Source: an uncultured Nitrososphaerales archaeon (lineage in GTDB: Archaea; Thermoproteota; Nitrososphaeria; Nitrososphaerales; Nitrososphaeraceae). From it: a stretch of DNA of 64,000 nucleotides. The notes under the pieces were generated by a model. The model worked only from the letters and a program-made list of their open reading frames with translations, was not told where the DNA came from and ran no database searches. Every line of letters begins with the position of its first letter. Within the stretch, counting starts at the first letter, position 1. The DNA lies in the NCBI GenBank assembly GCA_963841565.1, contig CAWJCY010000008.1, positions 15,546 through 79,545 on the forward strand. Direction: 5' to 3'. Position numbers and translations under genes: made by a program. Of this stretch, positions 10,757-22,792 are shown piece after piece.

Positions 10757-11551
10757 ATGCCGCATTTTGGTTTGCTTACAAATCCCTCCAATGAATTGCT
10801 AGGTGAAATTAGAAATATTCATTTACTGGGTTTCGAATATGCAGAGGTTGCCATTGAAGGGCCAGAGGGGAGTCCTCAGGTATTAATCGATAAACGGAGC
10901 GGGATTACAAGACTACTTCAAAAATTTAAATTAAAACCAATTGGTCACACTGTACCATGGGTAGATTTAGGATCAGATTATGAGTACATTAGACAAGCAT
11001 GGATTCTTGAGGCAATGAGAAACATTAAAGCATCTAAGCAAGTTGGAATAAGCCTTGTTAACTTTCATAGTAATCTTAACGGTGGAATGTTTAAAGGTGA
11101 AAAAAGACGGAGGCTTTTGGAAAATTGGATCAAAAGCCTTCGCGAAATTGTCAGATACGCAGATTCTCATGGCGTGCAGATAATGTTAGAAAATGTTCCC
11201 CTTTCTAAAGGAGTACATAAGCTTGAAGAATTTAAATACATAGTCGACAACGTCGACGGATTGCTTGTTCATTTGGACGTTCCTCATGCTTTCACATCCG
11301 CAGGCATGCAGGGAATAATAGAATATATTCATTCATTTAGTGACAGAATTGCCCACATTCACTGGCATGACAATAATGGAATAAGGGATGAACACCTCCC
11401 CATAGGACGTGGACTTATAGATCACGAGTTAATAGTAAGAGAATTGAGATCGATAAACTACGATAGAACTATTACTTTGGAAGTCTTCACGAATAATGCT
11501 GATGCGAAGGCATCCGCAGAAGTGCTAGGAAAGCTGTGGGCAGAAAATTGA
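10757..11551 (+). CDS. sugar phosphate isomerase/epimerase family TIM barrel (AP endonuclease 2-like)
   Basis: MLENV, HLDVPHA, HIHWHDN, DEHLPIG, TLEV. Confidence 0.88.
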   Translation: MPHFGLLTNPSNELLGEIRNIHLLGFEYAEVAIEGPEGSPQVLIDKRSGITRLLQKFKLKPIGHTVPWVDLGSDYEYIRQAWILEAMRNIKASKQVGISLVNFHSNLNGGMFKGEKRRRLLENWIKSLREIVRYADSHGVQIMLENVPLSKGVHKLEEFKYIVDNVDGLLVHLDVPHAFTSAGMQGIIEYIHSFSDRIAHIHWHDNNGIRDEHLPIGRGLIDHELIVRELRSINYDRTITLEVFTNNADAKASAEVLGKLWAEN

Positions 11552-11865
11552 TTATGGTGCAATCCCAGTGATGCTCATCAGTTACTATAAAGTTACTATA
11601 AACGTGAATAGGTGAGAAAAGTTGTATAGAAATTTCTTGCGCTCTTTGTACATAATGGGAATTTTCAAAAACATTATCTGACAATAGGCCCAGTAAGCGG
11701 GTTCGCTGAGCACGAATTTTACCAATTCTCGTTTGGCGAATTATAGATTCTTCTATAGATTATCTATCCTCAATAAGTATACCATTAAAAGCAGATTTAT
11801 TTCCAAGTAGTTACTTAAAATTTACCTAAATACTTGTATTCGTTTCTAATACTGGACATAGAAAA

Positions 11866-12132
11866 ATGAAAAACAGGGATAGAGGGGAAATAAATGCGAT
11901 GATCCTTGACATTGCAAGCCACGGTAGAGTTACCAAGACAAAGATTATGTACAGAGCATATCTATCGTATAACAAACTTGAAGAATACTTAACCGATCTG
12001 GGGGAAAGTGAGCTATTGGAATATGAAGTTAAAGCTCAGACCTATCGTACTACGGAAAAAGGAAAATGCTACCTAGAGATACATAGTAGAATGAATGAAC
12101 TGATCACTATCAATAGAGAAGTAGCATTCTAA
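11866..12132 (+). CDS. winged-helix transcriptional regulator (HTH_45-like)
   Basis: RDRGEI...TKTKIMYRAYLSY...YRTTEKG. Confidence 0.88.
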   Translation: MKNRDRGEINAMILDIASHGRVTKTKIMYRAYLSYNKLEEYLTDLGESELLEYEVKAQTYRTTEKGKCYLEIHSRMNELITINREVAF

Positions 12133-12405
12133 CTAGGAATTCTAATTACCATAGTAGAGGGCTAAAGCTAAACCATATCATTGCCAAACCTCAAATGTCA
12201 CAAAGTGATGATGGTACAGTATGAAGAAAGTTCTTGTTATTGACTCTATCTGAACTGAAGACAATGTTTTTGCCCGAGTGTATATACTACATAAAATAAT
12301 TAATAGACAATACTAGTATTCAGTAAGTGTACTACACAGTAAAAGATCACCTTGATAGGAACACAGGATATTATGTAGGTGATCTGGTTATCTCCGATGT
12401 ACTTT

Positions 12406-14187
12406 CTAATCATGATGGTGAAAGTCTCGTAATTTCTCATGAATCTGATTTCTATATAATGTTAAGCCAATTCGCTTTGCGTACGGCTGTCCCTTTGCAA
12501 ACGATTCAGCCATTTTTTTGACAAACTCTAATTCGACTTGTGGTGGCATTGGTGGATCGAACGGATCTACATATACCTCGACTAATGTTGGTTTCCTCTC
12601 GTTCATTGCTTCATTTAGGATTGGTTTGACTTCATTGGGCTCTTTTATAGCATAGCCCTTTCCACCACAAGCCTCAGCGAATTTTGCGTAATCTATAGGC
12701 GTGAATTCTACGCCAAATTCAGGGTTTCCTAGAAAGGCCATTTGCTCCCAGCGGATCATTCCCAACACGTTATTCTTGATTACTATCACTTTGATCGGAA
12801 GATTGTATTGAACTGCTGTGGCAAATTCTCCCATTAACATCGTGAAACCACCATCTCCTACAAAAGCAACAGACTGTCTATTCGGAAAAGCGATCTGGGC
12901 TGCGATGGCGTATGGTAGGCCACATCCCATACTCGCCAAAGTACCAGACAGCGAAAAAAGCATTCCTCTCTTAATATTGATATAGCGAGCAGCCCAACTA
13001 GTGATAGTTCCACTATCTACCGAAATTATTGCATCATCATCTAATTCATCAGATAAGGATGTAGCGACAAACTGTGGCTTAATTGGCCTATCTTTTCGAG
13101 AACCCTGTTCTTCAAGCAGGCTTCTCCATTTTCGCATAGCTCGCTGTTTTGAATCAAGAAAATCCGAAGCATTCTTTCTATGCAATAGCGGGAGAAGAGC
13201 AGTCAACGTGAGTCTAGAATCTCCCACTAATCCTACCTCCACTGGATATCTAGCTCCAATTTTTTCAGGTAAGATATCAATTTGAATGCCTCTTGCTTGT
13301 CCTGGTTTGGGGAGATAGTCAATGTAAGGAAAAGATGTTCCAATCATTAGTAAAGTGTCTGCTTCATTCATTGCTTCACTGGCAGGCCCGGTTCCCAGGA
13401 GGCCAAGCCCTCCTAGACTGTATGGATGATCGTCAGGAACCACTGCTTTGCCTAAGAGTGCCTTGACAACGGGCGCGGCTAAGCGTTCACAAACAGAAGT
13501 CACTTGATCTGTAGCCCCAAGGGCCCCCTGCCCAACCATAACTACAACCTTATTCCCTGCATTTAGTATATCTGCGGCCTTGTTCATTAAGGCTTGATTA
13601 GGAATACTAGCAGATGCAATGACATCGGATGTATGGCCGGGGACTTTATGTCTTGAGTACCGGTTTTTCAGCTTTTGCTCTTGAACATCGATCGGAATTG
13701 TCAAATGGCTAACTCCTCTACGCCCAAGTGCAGTTCTACATGCTATGTCTACCGTCATTTCTGCATGCTCTGGAGAATTTATCAGGTTATTGTAAACAGC
13801 TACGTCAGAAAAAAGCTGTAATAAGTTTACATCTTGCTGGTATCCTGATCCCATCAGATCAGAGTAAGTACTTCCAGTGATAGCTAATACTGGTGTGTTA
13901 TCGGCTTTGGCGTCGTACAACCCATTCAAAAGGTGTATAGCACCCGGACCTGACGTAGCAACGCACACACCAAGTCTTCTCGTGTACTTCGCGTATGCGC
14001 AAGCCATGAAAGCTGCTGATTCTTCATGCCGTACCAAAATGAACCTGATCTTGCTTTGTCGCTGTCTTAGGGACTCCATAAAGCCATTGATCCCATCACC
14101 TGGTAAACCAAAGATAGTGTCGACATCCCAATCAATCAATGCCTCAGCAACGATATCGGCAGTCCTTAAATTTTCGTATTCACTCAT
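12406..14187 (-). CDS. thiamine-pyrophosphate enzyme, pyruvate oxidase/PoxB family
   Basis: FGLPGDG, RHEESAAF, SGPGAIH, GDGGF...NN TPP motif. Confidence 0.93.
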   Translation of the reverse strand: MSEYENLRTADIVAEALIDWDVDTIFGLPGDGINGFMESLRQRQSKIRFILVRHEESAAFMACAYAKYTRRLGVCVATSGPGAIHLLNGLYDAKADNTPVLAITGSTYSDLMGSGYQQDVNLLQLFSDVAVYNNLINSPEHAEMTVDIACRTALGRRGVSHLTIPIDVQEQKLKNRYSRHKVPGHTSDVIASASIPNQALMNKAADILNAGNKVVVMVGQGALGATDQVTSVCERLAAPVVKALLGKAVVPDDHPYSLGGLGLLGTGPASEAMNEADTLLMIGTSFPYIDYLPKPGQARGIQIDILPEKIGARYPVEVGLVGDSRLTLTALLPLLHRKNASDFLDSKQRAMRKWRSLLEEQGSRKDRPIKPQFVATSLSDELDDDAIISVDSGTITSWAARYINIKRGMLFSLSGTLASMGCGLPYAIAAQIAFPNRQSVAFVGDGGFTMLMGEFATAVQYNLPIKVIVIKNNVLGMIRWEQMAFLGNPEFGVEFTPIDYAKFAEACGGKGYAIKEPNEVKPILNEAMNERKPTLVEVYVDPFDPPMPPQVELEFVKKMAESFAKGQPYAKRIGLTLYRNQIHEKLRDFHHHD

Positions 14188-15489
14188 ATCAGTCAGCCCC
14201 TCCTGCAATGAAATTTCTGCAATTTTCTTGAATTTGCTGAAGTAATCGTAAATGCCAATTGAGTGTCTTTATTGCTGAGGAGTTCGTCCAGGTCAAATGT
14301 TTGCGTCCCTACCACCATCTACTCTCTAGTTCTTGATGAGCAAAATATTATTTAGATATTATGTATTGTGATGCGATATTTTATTAATATGATATGGTTA
14401 ATTATCCAGCGTGCAAGTCGTAAAGTCCAAATACGAATCAAGGCTGCAGCTTTTGGAAACTGATAGTCAATCCCATCTTTTCTTTCTAGACTTTTTGAAG
14501 GCTTCAGGAGCCACAACAGTAAAAGCACCAGCCATTAATTCTAATGGGACGGAGAGAAATAATGAATAATTATAAAATACTAAATCCACAGTTTCAGCCG
14601 TTATTATACATACACTTTCTGCTGTAATCAAATAAAGACGCTTGTTTTCAGTATATATTTGATGTTATGCTGCTTACCGATCTTCAAAATCTTTATTATC
14701 CCGGTACTAAAATTAAGGAACGTTATGCAAAGATTAGCTATAACTGTAATGCGGATTGGACTTATCATCTAAATATAGTTCCCTCAAACTCTACTCTGGC
14801 ACAGACTTAAAAGTGGACGATATTTCTAGTCAAAGAATAACATAAGAGAATATTATTTCGTAAAACTGGGTCCCAAAGTGGGTAACCTAGATAATATTCT
14901 CCATCATTGGATAATTCAATTAGTAACAAAATAAATACAATGTCTCCACTAAATAATTGTCAACAAACGGGGCTTCACTAATCCTGTTCTAGACTTGATT
15001 TGGTGGTTAAACCGATAGCCCCCAAGTCATTTATCCATTATCTTTTTGAATTGCTGTTTATTTCATACACGTTTATTTGAGTCTGTGATCTTACTTCATA
15101 ATTCTTCCTCTACTATTAAATTCAAGGGGTGACTCATAGTCCATTCTTTTTTATTTGTTAGAGTAAGCTTTTCCATATCCGCTAAGTTCGTTCATCTTCA
15201 GATAACGTTCGTAAAGAACAATCCTCTTTTCGCATAACTTATTTTTACATAATATCATGATACCATGATAAGGAAAAATAGAGCGACCCAGTCAGTTACC
15301 CACCTGGATCACCCTACAATGTCAATAAGGAGTGTAGAAATCGCTGGGATTTCAATCTATTATAGATACTTTCTACCTAATAACGTGTTCTTAATGTAGC
15401 ATCTGTTTATTATGTATTAATAATAATAAATCACACTAGGTTATTAGTTACTTGAAGCACATTAATTGTACCAGTGCCGTTTTACAAGA

Positions 15490-15620
15490 ATAGAGAGGCC
15501 CCTGGAAGAAATTCCAAAGACCAGGGGCCCAGGTTGTCAATGCTGAGGGATCTTCTAGTTGTGCTTCATTTTGCCATTTGCTGCCTTTGTTAGGGATTGG
15601 ACGCTTGAAAGCAGCATTAC
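15490..15620 (-). ncRNA. candidate small structured RNA ending in a GC hairpin
   Basis: Inverted repeats 15497-15505/15521-15529 and 15579-15588/15608-15616 in an ORF-poor region. Confidence 0.3.
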
Positions 15621-15821
15621 TATTTTGGAATATGATTTAATTAAATAAGATGAAAATAGCTTAGGGATTATGAAATGGGATCTAAATCATGAAAGTAAGT
15701 TACTGTTTATAGAGCTGCAATACCCATATAGTCATCTGAAATTAATCGAAGTAGCAAGTTTCTATGGTGCTTATACCTTATTAGGTAAATCATGTAATTG
15801 GGGTTATGAAAAAAGACTATT

Positions 15822-16037
15822 GTGAACATCCAAACCATGAAAACTCTGAATGCCTTTCTAAAGAAGTACCCGACTGCAAACAAGGATGCAGGTATTTCAA
15901 TTAATTTAGTAAACCTTGAAGAATGGTGGATTTCTGATAATCTGACAGAGAATACTGTAAAATGCTGTAAAATGTGTTCTATTTCAGAAGACATTGCCAG
16001 AGCAAGTTTTAGAAATATATTCACTGCTACTAATTAG
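15822..16037 (+). CDS. hypothetical protein
   Basis: 71-aa ORF with CKMC. Confidence 0.35.
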   Translation: MNIQTMKTLNAFLKKYPTANKDAGISINLVNLEEWWISDNLTENTVKCCKMCSISEDIARASFRNIFTATN

Positions 16038-16633
16038 ATTCTATTAGTATTTTCTAACTCTAATGGATTCTTTCACGTTTATTCCTACTCAGGAATAGGC
16101 TACAAATTTCTAGCACTCAACTTTAAATATATATCATGAATTAGACATTTTGAAAATGGCTAATTGTGATAGTTGTGGAACTTCTATTGAAACAGCACCT
16201 TCTGGGGTACTTGTACATGTTGACAGATATAATAGAGAAAAGAATGAGGTACAGACTCAAAAATTATGTAGGAGTTGTCTTCATAAACCCTAAGCAACTG
16301 CATGGTTGCTGCTGTACCAACTCTACCCTATTAAACCCGGCTTGTAATCATCCCTTTTCTTAAAACACTGAACCCAATAATAGTTTAATAAATTCTGGAA
16401 GATATACAACCACAGGCCACCCACATAATAAAAAAGAGATTGAACGAATGTTGCCAATGCAGCGCCAACATTAACTGAACTTCCTAAATTAGTCTAGCGT
16501 GTTTCTTCTTGTACTCTGCTAATTAACTGAACCGCCTTTTCTAACCTGTAAATAGGCTTTTGTCGGTCTGTAGATCAATCCGCAATAGCATTATACTTTA
16601 TAAACACACAATTGGTCTGAATTAGCTTTGCTC

Positions 16634-16951
16634 ATGCTATCGCAACCGCGTTGGAAACACCCGGATGCTATTGGGTTCTTTTTTGGGGCTGGTGCTTCTA
16701 TTGAATTTGGCATCCCTTCCATGAAACAATTGACCGATTCCTTTTCTGAAAAAATTTAGCAGAACAAATCCCTTCTCAAGAAGAGGGAGATGTTTGCTGA
16801 CATCTACAATTCGTTAGCTGACGTATACGGAAAAGATAAAGTAGATTTGGAAGCTATCATGTCTTTTATTGTTGGGTTAAAAGAAGAGAACCGTGTTAGA
16901 GACGATATTGGGGAAGAAACCTGTGATCTGCATAATACCGCTGTTAAATAA
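16634..16951 (+). pseudogene. SIR2-like protein N-terminal remnant
   Basis: FFFGAGASIEFGIPSM motif; in-frame TAG at 16757-16759; truncated. Confidence 0.7.
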
Positions 16952-17186
16952 CTACTCCTTTATTTTGGGTCTAATGAACGACGAAGGATCATGCCGTACT
17001 AAGGAAGCCAATCAACTGCTTTGCAACGGCATCTGAAAATAGGCTTCCTCTCTATTTCCTCACCTGTTGCATTTGGCTCAGGCATATTTCATTATTCCTG
17101 TCTGAAACAAATGGGAGCTGATAAAGGTAAAAGTGAAATGGAGCAAATCACGAAAAAGGGAGGACGATTTATGTGCTCGGCCATTA

Positions 17187-17375
17187 TCAAGTGCAATTTG
17201 GGCATTTTCCCTTATCCGATCTAATGGAACAAAGCTTCCCATTTGAGTTGAAATGAGAATGAGAATAGATGAACCCGCAATTCTCACATTTGTGAAGGTG
17301 AGTGCTTTCATGAAAGAATTCGGAATTTTTTAGCTTTTTGTCTATAACTATCCATAGATCGTCGCTGTCACTCAT
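17187..17375 (-). CDS. small zinc-finger protein
   Basis: CENC...CPNC. Confidence 0.5.
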   Translation of the reverse strand: MSDSDDLWIVIDKKLKNSEFFHESTHLHKCENCGFIYSHSHFNSNGKLCSIRSDKGKCPNCT

Positions 17376-17608
17376 TCAACATCATTCCACAATTATCGGT
17401 TTCAATGCACCGTTCCATATAAAAAGTCACTGGATTGAACTGGAGATTTCCTAGACTTATTTTTGAGAGGGAATAAGAAAATCGAAAAACCGATTTACAA
17501 CATAGTTGAATCGAAACGTACAATTTCAAATTGGTTTATTGCCTATGTTACAGTGAAGTACTGAACAAAAAAGTGGAAAGTTCACATGAGCTTTTAGAAA
17601 GAGACCTT

Positions 17609-18616
17609 CTATTTTGTTCTGCTTCGAGTTTTCGTATAATTTACCTCTGGGCAAATTTTTAGAATGTCAGCAAGTCTCTTTCTTAGTGTCACAATACTTA
17701 TGTTTCCAGCTGCCGCTATTTTTGATTGGCTAATGCCTTCCTCTTTCTTTTTTAAACAAGAAGCGTACAACACGGCTGCAGCCACTGCCTTAGGATCTTT
17801 GCCATGGCAAATAGGATTCTTCTTTGCTACGCTCAACATGTTTACTGCTTCCCTATAAGTCTGTTGACTAATCTGTGCATTGGTTGCTATTTTGGATATG
17901 TACGATGTAGCATCGACTATGGGAGGGATAATCCTCAATTTCCTGGACATTATTCTGTAGCATCTACCAGAGAAAATGGGTTCCGCATTTGCCGCATAAG
18001 ATATCTCTTGCAACCTTCTTGGAACACTCATTTCTTTACATGCGGCATAGATACTTGCTACAACCATTTCCTTTATTGCCCTTCCCTTGATCAAATTGCT
18101 ATCAAATGCTTTTCGGTAATAATATGCAGCTCTTTCTATTATGGGATTGGTCAGCCCCAACTTGTCGCTAACTGCCGCCATTATTGCAAATGCGTTCTTA
18201 AAATTTCTCAGATGATTCTTGTTATTACCCCAGATTTTGTCCAAGTATCTAATTTTGTTACTTGTTGTAATCTGTTCTTGATTTAGGACGGTACCATTAG
18301 CATCGGTATTTGAGTACGTTATAATTGTTGACAGACCCTTGTCAGGGAATACAAGTGATGATGGCATGCCCGATCTATTTTTTGCATTTATATCACTTAC
18401 TGGCATTTCCTGCTTGTCCAAAACAACCGTACCACAGGTTGTGCAGATTATTTCACCGGTTAATCCGTCGAAAATTGTAGCGTCACTCTTGCATGACGGG
18501 CATCTGCGAGAACTACGAATAACCTCAAGAGCATTTTGTTGTTCTCTAGCCTGAACAGTGTTAGCAGGAGATTCATATAGAATATATTTCCCCTGTTGTA
18601 TAGATTGCTTATTCAT
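17609..18616 (-). CDS. tfb: transcription initiation factor B paralogue
   Basis: CPSC...CTTCG ribbon, DKGLST, KGRAI, GKDP, ISIVTLRKR. Confidence 0.93.
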   Translation of the reverse strand: MNKQSIQQGKYILYESPANTVQAREQQNALEVIRSSRRCPSCKSDATIFDGLTGEIICTTCGTVVLDKQEMPVSDINAKNRSGMPSSLVFPDKGLSTIITYSNTDANGTVLNQEQITTSNKIRYLDKIWGNNKNHLRNFKNAFAIMAAVSDKLGLTNPIIERAAYYYRKAFDSNLIKGRAIKEMVVASIYAACKEMSVPRRLQEISYAANAEPIFSGRCYRIMSRKLRIIPPIVDATSYISKIATNAQISQQTYREAVNMLSVAKKNPICHGKDPKAVAAAVLYASCLKKKEEGISQSKIAAAGNISIVTLRKRLADILKICPEVNYTKTRSRTK

Positions 18617-18753
18617 TGCATCAATTTAGCTCATCTTTTATAAAAAACGTTGGTGTTTTGTGTAATTTAATGAATCAAATACGTTAAATAACTCTGGTGT
18701 AATTAAACAAGTACAATGTATTCCCCGGGAATGGATACATAGGAGACACTTTC

Positions 18754-19329
18754 ATGAAGACAGCTACCAAAAGACGAAAATCTGCTACCGAAGGAGTAAC
18801 TTTCAGACTTCCCTCAGATAACCTTGAGCAATTATGCAAGGAAGCCGAAACAAGACAGATTAGCGTCAATACGCTTGTAAACCAAATCATTAATGAACAC
18901 CTTGATTGGCATCTGTACGCTGCTCAAGCTAAACTGTATTATGTACCAAAACCTTTCATATCAAGAGTTCTTGAAAAGTTTAACGAACAACAACTAGCTG
19001 ATTTGGCGGAAGCGAGCGCGAAGAAGGATTTTGTGGACATTGGGTTGCTATTGCGGGGAGAATTTACGATATCCTCCTTCCTGAGCATCTTGGAAAACTG
19101 GTCTAGAATTTCAGACATACCTTACAGGACCGAAGAAAATGATACTACCCAAAAGATCATAATTGAGCATAACATGGGGTCAAAGTACTCTTATCTATTC
19201 AAGGAGATTTACAGGCGTTTGTTAGAAAACTCATTTGAAACAAAGACGGAATTTGATATCACTGATAACACAATAGTTCTAACATTCGATAAAGAAGCAC
19301 GTCCTTTGGAGAAGGAGACTGAATGTTAA
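18754..19329 (+). CDS. ribbon-helix-helix-containing protein
   Basis: VTFRLP...LCKEAETRQISVNTLVNQII RHH-like N-terminus. Confidence 0.75.
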   Translation: MKTATKRRKSATEGVTFRLPSDNLEQLCKEAETRQISVNTLVNQIINEHLDWHLYAAQAKLYYVPKPFISRVLEKFNEQQLADLAEASAKKDFVDIGLLLRGEFTISSFLSILENWSRISDIPYRTEENDTTQKIIIEHNMGSKYSYLFKEIYRRLLENSFETKTEFDITDNTIVLTFDKEARPLEKETEC

Positions 19330-19607
19330 ATACCAAATCTCTTGATTAGTGGGAGAATTCCCAATGTGAAATTTTAATAAATGCTTTTTTCATTAAACGA
19401 ACGATTTTGACCTTGAGTTGATGTTGCGAGGATATTATTTCAAAGATTTTTTCGAGTACTTAAGTTGTCAGGTTCGACGAGAGGAGACTTAATCATCCCC
19501 ATCTATTTACAAAAATAGAATTGCACTTTACTAACCATGGTAAACAAGATTGAAAATACAAAAGAAAAGGAAAATTAACTCATACAGTAACCTTTATTAC
19601 GCATACT

Positions 19608-19907
19608 CTAGTCGAGTTTTTCTTTTACTTTCTCTTTCTGGTACTCCGTTTCTGTATCTTTGTCGGGATCCTTTGCTTTGTTAAATACAGCTTTTGCTCC
19701 TGCTTTTAGTTTGTCTTTGACATCTTTGGCACCTTCTTTTACTTCGTGACCGACATCTTTGGCACCTTCTTTTACTTCATGACCAGCATCTTTGGCACCT
19801 TCTTTTACTTCATGACCAGCATCTTCGACATCATCTTTTGCATCATCATTAGTATCCACTTCATATTTTGTTTCTTTCTTTACCTCAAATTCGCCCATTT
19901 TCTTCAT
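19608..19907 (-). CDS. LEA-like hydrophilic repeat protein
   Basis: 11-mer AKDAGHEVKEG repeats, K/D/E-rich. Confidence 0.75.
   Translation of the reverse strand: MKKMGEFEVKKETKYEVDTNDDAKDDVEDAGHEVKEGAKDAGHEVKEGAKDVGHEVKEGAKDVKDKLKAGAKAVFNKAKDPDKDTETEYQKEKVKEKLD
19720..19825. repeat. 33-bp coding tandem repeat x3
   Basis: unit catctttggcaccttcttttacttcatgaccag. Confidence 0.9.
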
Positions 19908-20069
19908 TCATTAATACTCAACATTCTATTTATAACTTGTAAAATTTAGTGCCTATGTATCTATCAGACCAATTTTTTAACAAATTATGATAGACTCAAC
20001 CGGGTTGATTGCTTTGCCTTCATAAGTAATGCTATTTATATTTTGTTCACTAAATGTAAGATACAATAA

Positions 20070-20582
20070 ATGAAAAACATGTTTGAATCAAGAAAACTGC
20101 CTTATGTAGCCTTTTTGACTTTAACGGTAGCGGTAGTGACATCATTAACCTATGGAACCGAGACCCAAACACCCCAAAACGTGGTTGCTCAGAACGAATC
20201 TGCTGATAGTGCTCAACTGCAGACGGCAAACGTAACTGGAGAACTTACAAAGCCAGCCGGTGGTAATCCATATGGCGGAGAGAAGATCGGGGATATCACA
20301 ATATCGTCAGATGGACATCAGACAGATATCAAGGGATTGGTCAGTGCATCTCCAGCAGAGGGAAATGTTTATGAGGCTTGGCTAGATGATGCCGGAGGAT
20401 CAGAATACAAACTTAGTTTAGGACAGCTCAACGAAAACGGAACAATAAATGTAAGCCAACACATGGTCAATCCATTTACATACACTATATTCTTCGTAAC
20501 TGAAGAACCACAGGATGATGTAGATCCTAATTCGGCTGACGCCATAGCAGGAGTCCAATTAAAAGCTCCATTTGGGCAATAA
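20070..20582 (+). CDS. secreted protein with RskA C-terminal-like domain
   Basis: Signal peptide; VYEAWL...SLGQL...FVTEEP. Confidence 0.7.
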   Translation: MKNMFESRKLPYVAFLTLTVAVVTSLTYGTETQTPQNVVAQNESADSAQLQTANVTGELTKPAGGNPYGGEKIGDITISSDGHQTDIKGLVSASPAEGNVYEAWLDDAGGSEYKLSLGQLNENGTINVSQHMVNPFTYTIFFVTEEPQDDVDPNSADAIAGVQLKAPFGQ

Positions 20583-20713
20583 CATAACTTACGTCCTTTT
20601 TTTTATTGGCAAATCATATTCCTAATTTTAAGAAAATACTGCTGTATTGCTATACGAAATTCGACTTGATCGATCAACCAAACGATATACATGGAATAAA
20701 ATTTCAGATGTAC

Positions 20714-22490
20714 TCAGAAGAGGGAAAATTTGCTTCCTCCTTTTGCCTTAGGATAGGGAGGGGGAAGATTCATTTCCTCGAAGTTGTAATAGTAGAGATG
20801 ACCTATAATGTTACTCTTATGTGAAACGCTGGAACCATTGTGCTCTGCTATCTTCTTCCAGATGTCAAATCCACTATCAAAGTCCTCAATATTTGAGTAG
20901 TTAGCATATGAAAAAGACTCAAATTTTCGCCTTGGTGCCTGACAAGTTTTTAGTCTTTTCGCGGCTGTTCTCCAGGTGTCTAGTGGTCGAATTTTCGGGC
21001 TTTTTAAGCAATCCAATATGCTCACACCAAAGTCGTATCCTTAGTTCTTTAGCCAGCGAACTAGAAGTGATTCCAATATTAACCTCAGTTGAATCTTTGA
21101 ATCCATTTTTGTCTGTATTTGCTGATCCAACTGTAATCCATTTATCATCCACTATCAAAAGCTTTGAATGCACGTAAATTTGACGCAGTTTTTTGGTTTT
21201 CTTATCTTGGCACACAAGGGAATAAGTTCCCACCCGTCTGCCAGAGTCTCCTGCATCCCTTATCCACTGTAAATGTTCGTTGACATCATTTACACTAGTC
21301 TTTGATAATATACTGCCTATCAACCCTGGGAGATTGGGCTCCATCGGACCAACTATAATGACTTTCAGGTTCTTTTGTTCTTGCAGTCTTTTGCAAAGAA
21401 TTCTTGTAATGAACTCATTCTGAAACGGAAATTGGTTTTCAATATAAATTGAAGCCTTAGCTTTTCGGATAGTATTACTATACCAAGATAAGATACCTCC
21501 ATCTCTATCAATTCCTTCCCATGTACGTAATGCTACTGCTTTGGTATTTCCATCATCTCCTCCATATAGAAAATTTGCTGGCTTCAGATCCATAGCCCGG
21601 ATCCTGTTTTCATCTTTGACTTCGTGATAGACCCATCTTTGATTGAAATGATAAGCCAAATCCCACACGATAGGGCCTTTTATCATGACATGGAGGTCAT
21701 GCCAGGGCTCGGAATCCTGATCTCGATGCGGATCATTGTAATCGTGTTTGCTTGTGTCCCATTTACCTCTGGATAGATCAAATCCTCCGCAGAATCCTAT
21801 CTTATTATCGATTACAATTATTTTTTCATGGTGAGCTGAAGACAGAGTAGGTGAAGTGTTATCTATCTTAACAACCAGCTTCTGTTCTATTCCATATTTT
21901 TTTACAAGTTTATTTAATATCTCAACCTCCTGAGCTCTCCCATCAAGCCCTCTTTCATCAGCCCCTGGCAATATGCGAAGCGGTAGCCGTGGTTGCCACA
22001 CAATAATTCTTACTATTGCCCCCTTCCTAGCTTTCTCAATTATCAGTTCTTGGAATCGTTTATACGCTTGCCTGCCTTTGAGGCGTCGCTCAGAAGTTGT
22101 GATATTAGTTACAAGAGAGTTAGGATTTTGACGACTTTTTGCAGAACTAGAAATTGATAAAGCTTGATCCCTTTCTTCTAGGGATTTCGGATCAACCCTG
22201 ACACTTTCTTTGACAGACCTGAAGGATTTTGAATTAGAATTACGGGAATGTCCATTGATAGCAATACTAGTAGTATAATCATTCAATTTACCAGCACTAG
22301 ATCCCTCTCGAACACAATTCAGAGAAGGATCAAGGTCATATCCAGCTATGTAAATAGAACTCTCAGCTTCCGAAATGGCATCATAAATTTGCTTAAATGT
22401 GTCCTCACCATCGACAGTGAAGACTATCTTATTTCCGTACGTGATTTCCCCGAAGCGCCTCCTCTCGATGGGAGCATGCATACGCTTCAT
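20714..22490 (-). CDS. phospholipase D family protein (+1 frameshift near 20925)
   Basis: Two HKD motifs (HHEKIIVID, HSKLLIVDD); plausible C-terminus continues in ORF 20714..21025. Confidence 0.88.
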
Positions 22491-22792
22491 GGTTCCACGT
22501 TTGCAAACAAATTCTTATTATATATCATGCATTTTCTCCTGACCAGTACAAACAGCTATCATACCATAACTAAACAGTCCTGTCATCCTCCTAAGTGAGC
22601 CTGACTAGCGCATATCCACCGTTACATACTATATTAGGTTTGGCTCGACCGTATTTCATCAGGCTTGTTAACGCCCGAGGTTAATCAAAATCGCGTCAAA
22701 TACCACACAAGTGTGGATTGCAAGAATTAACAACATGTTAAGAGCAAAATAAAAAAAGATAATTGAGTTAGAGTATAAAGAGATTATTGGCC

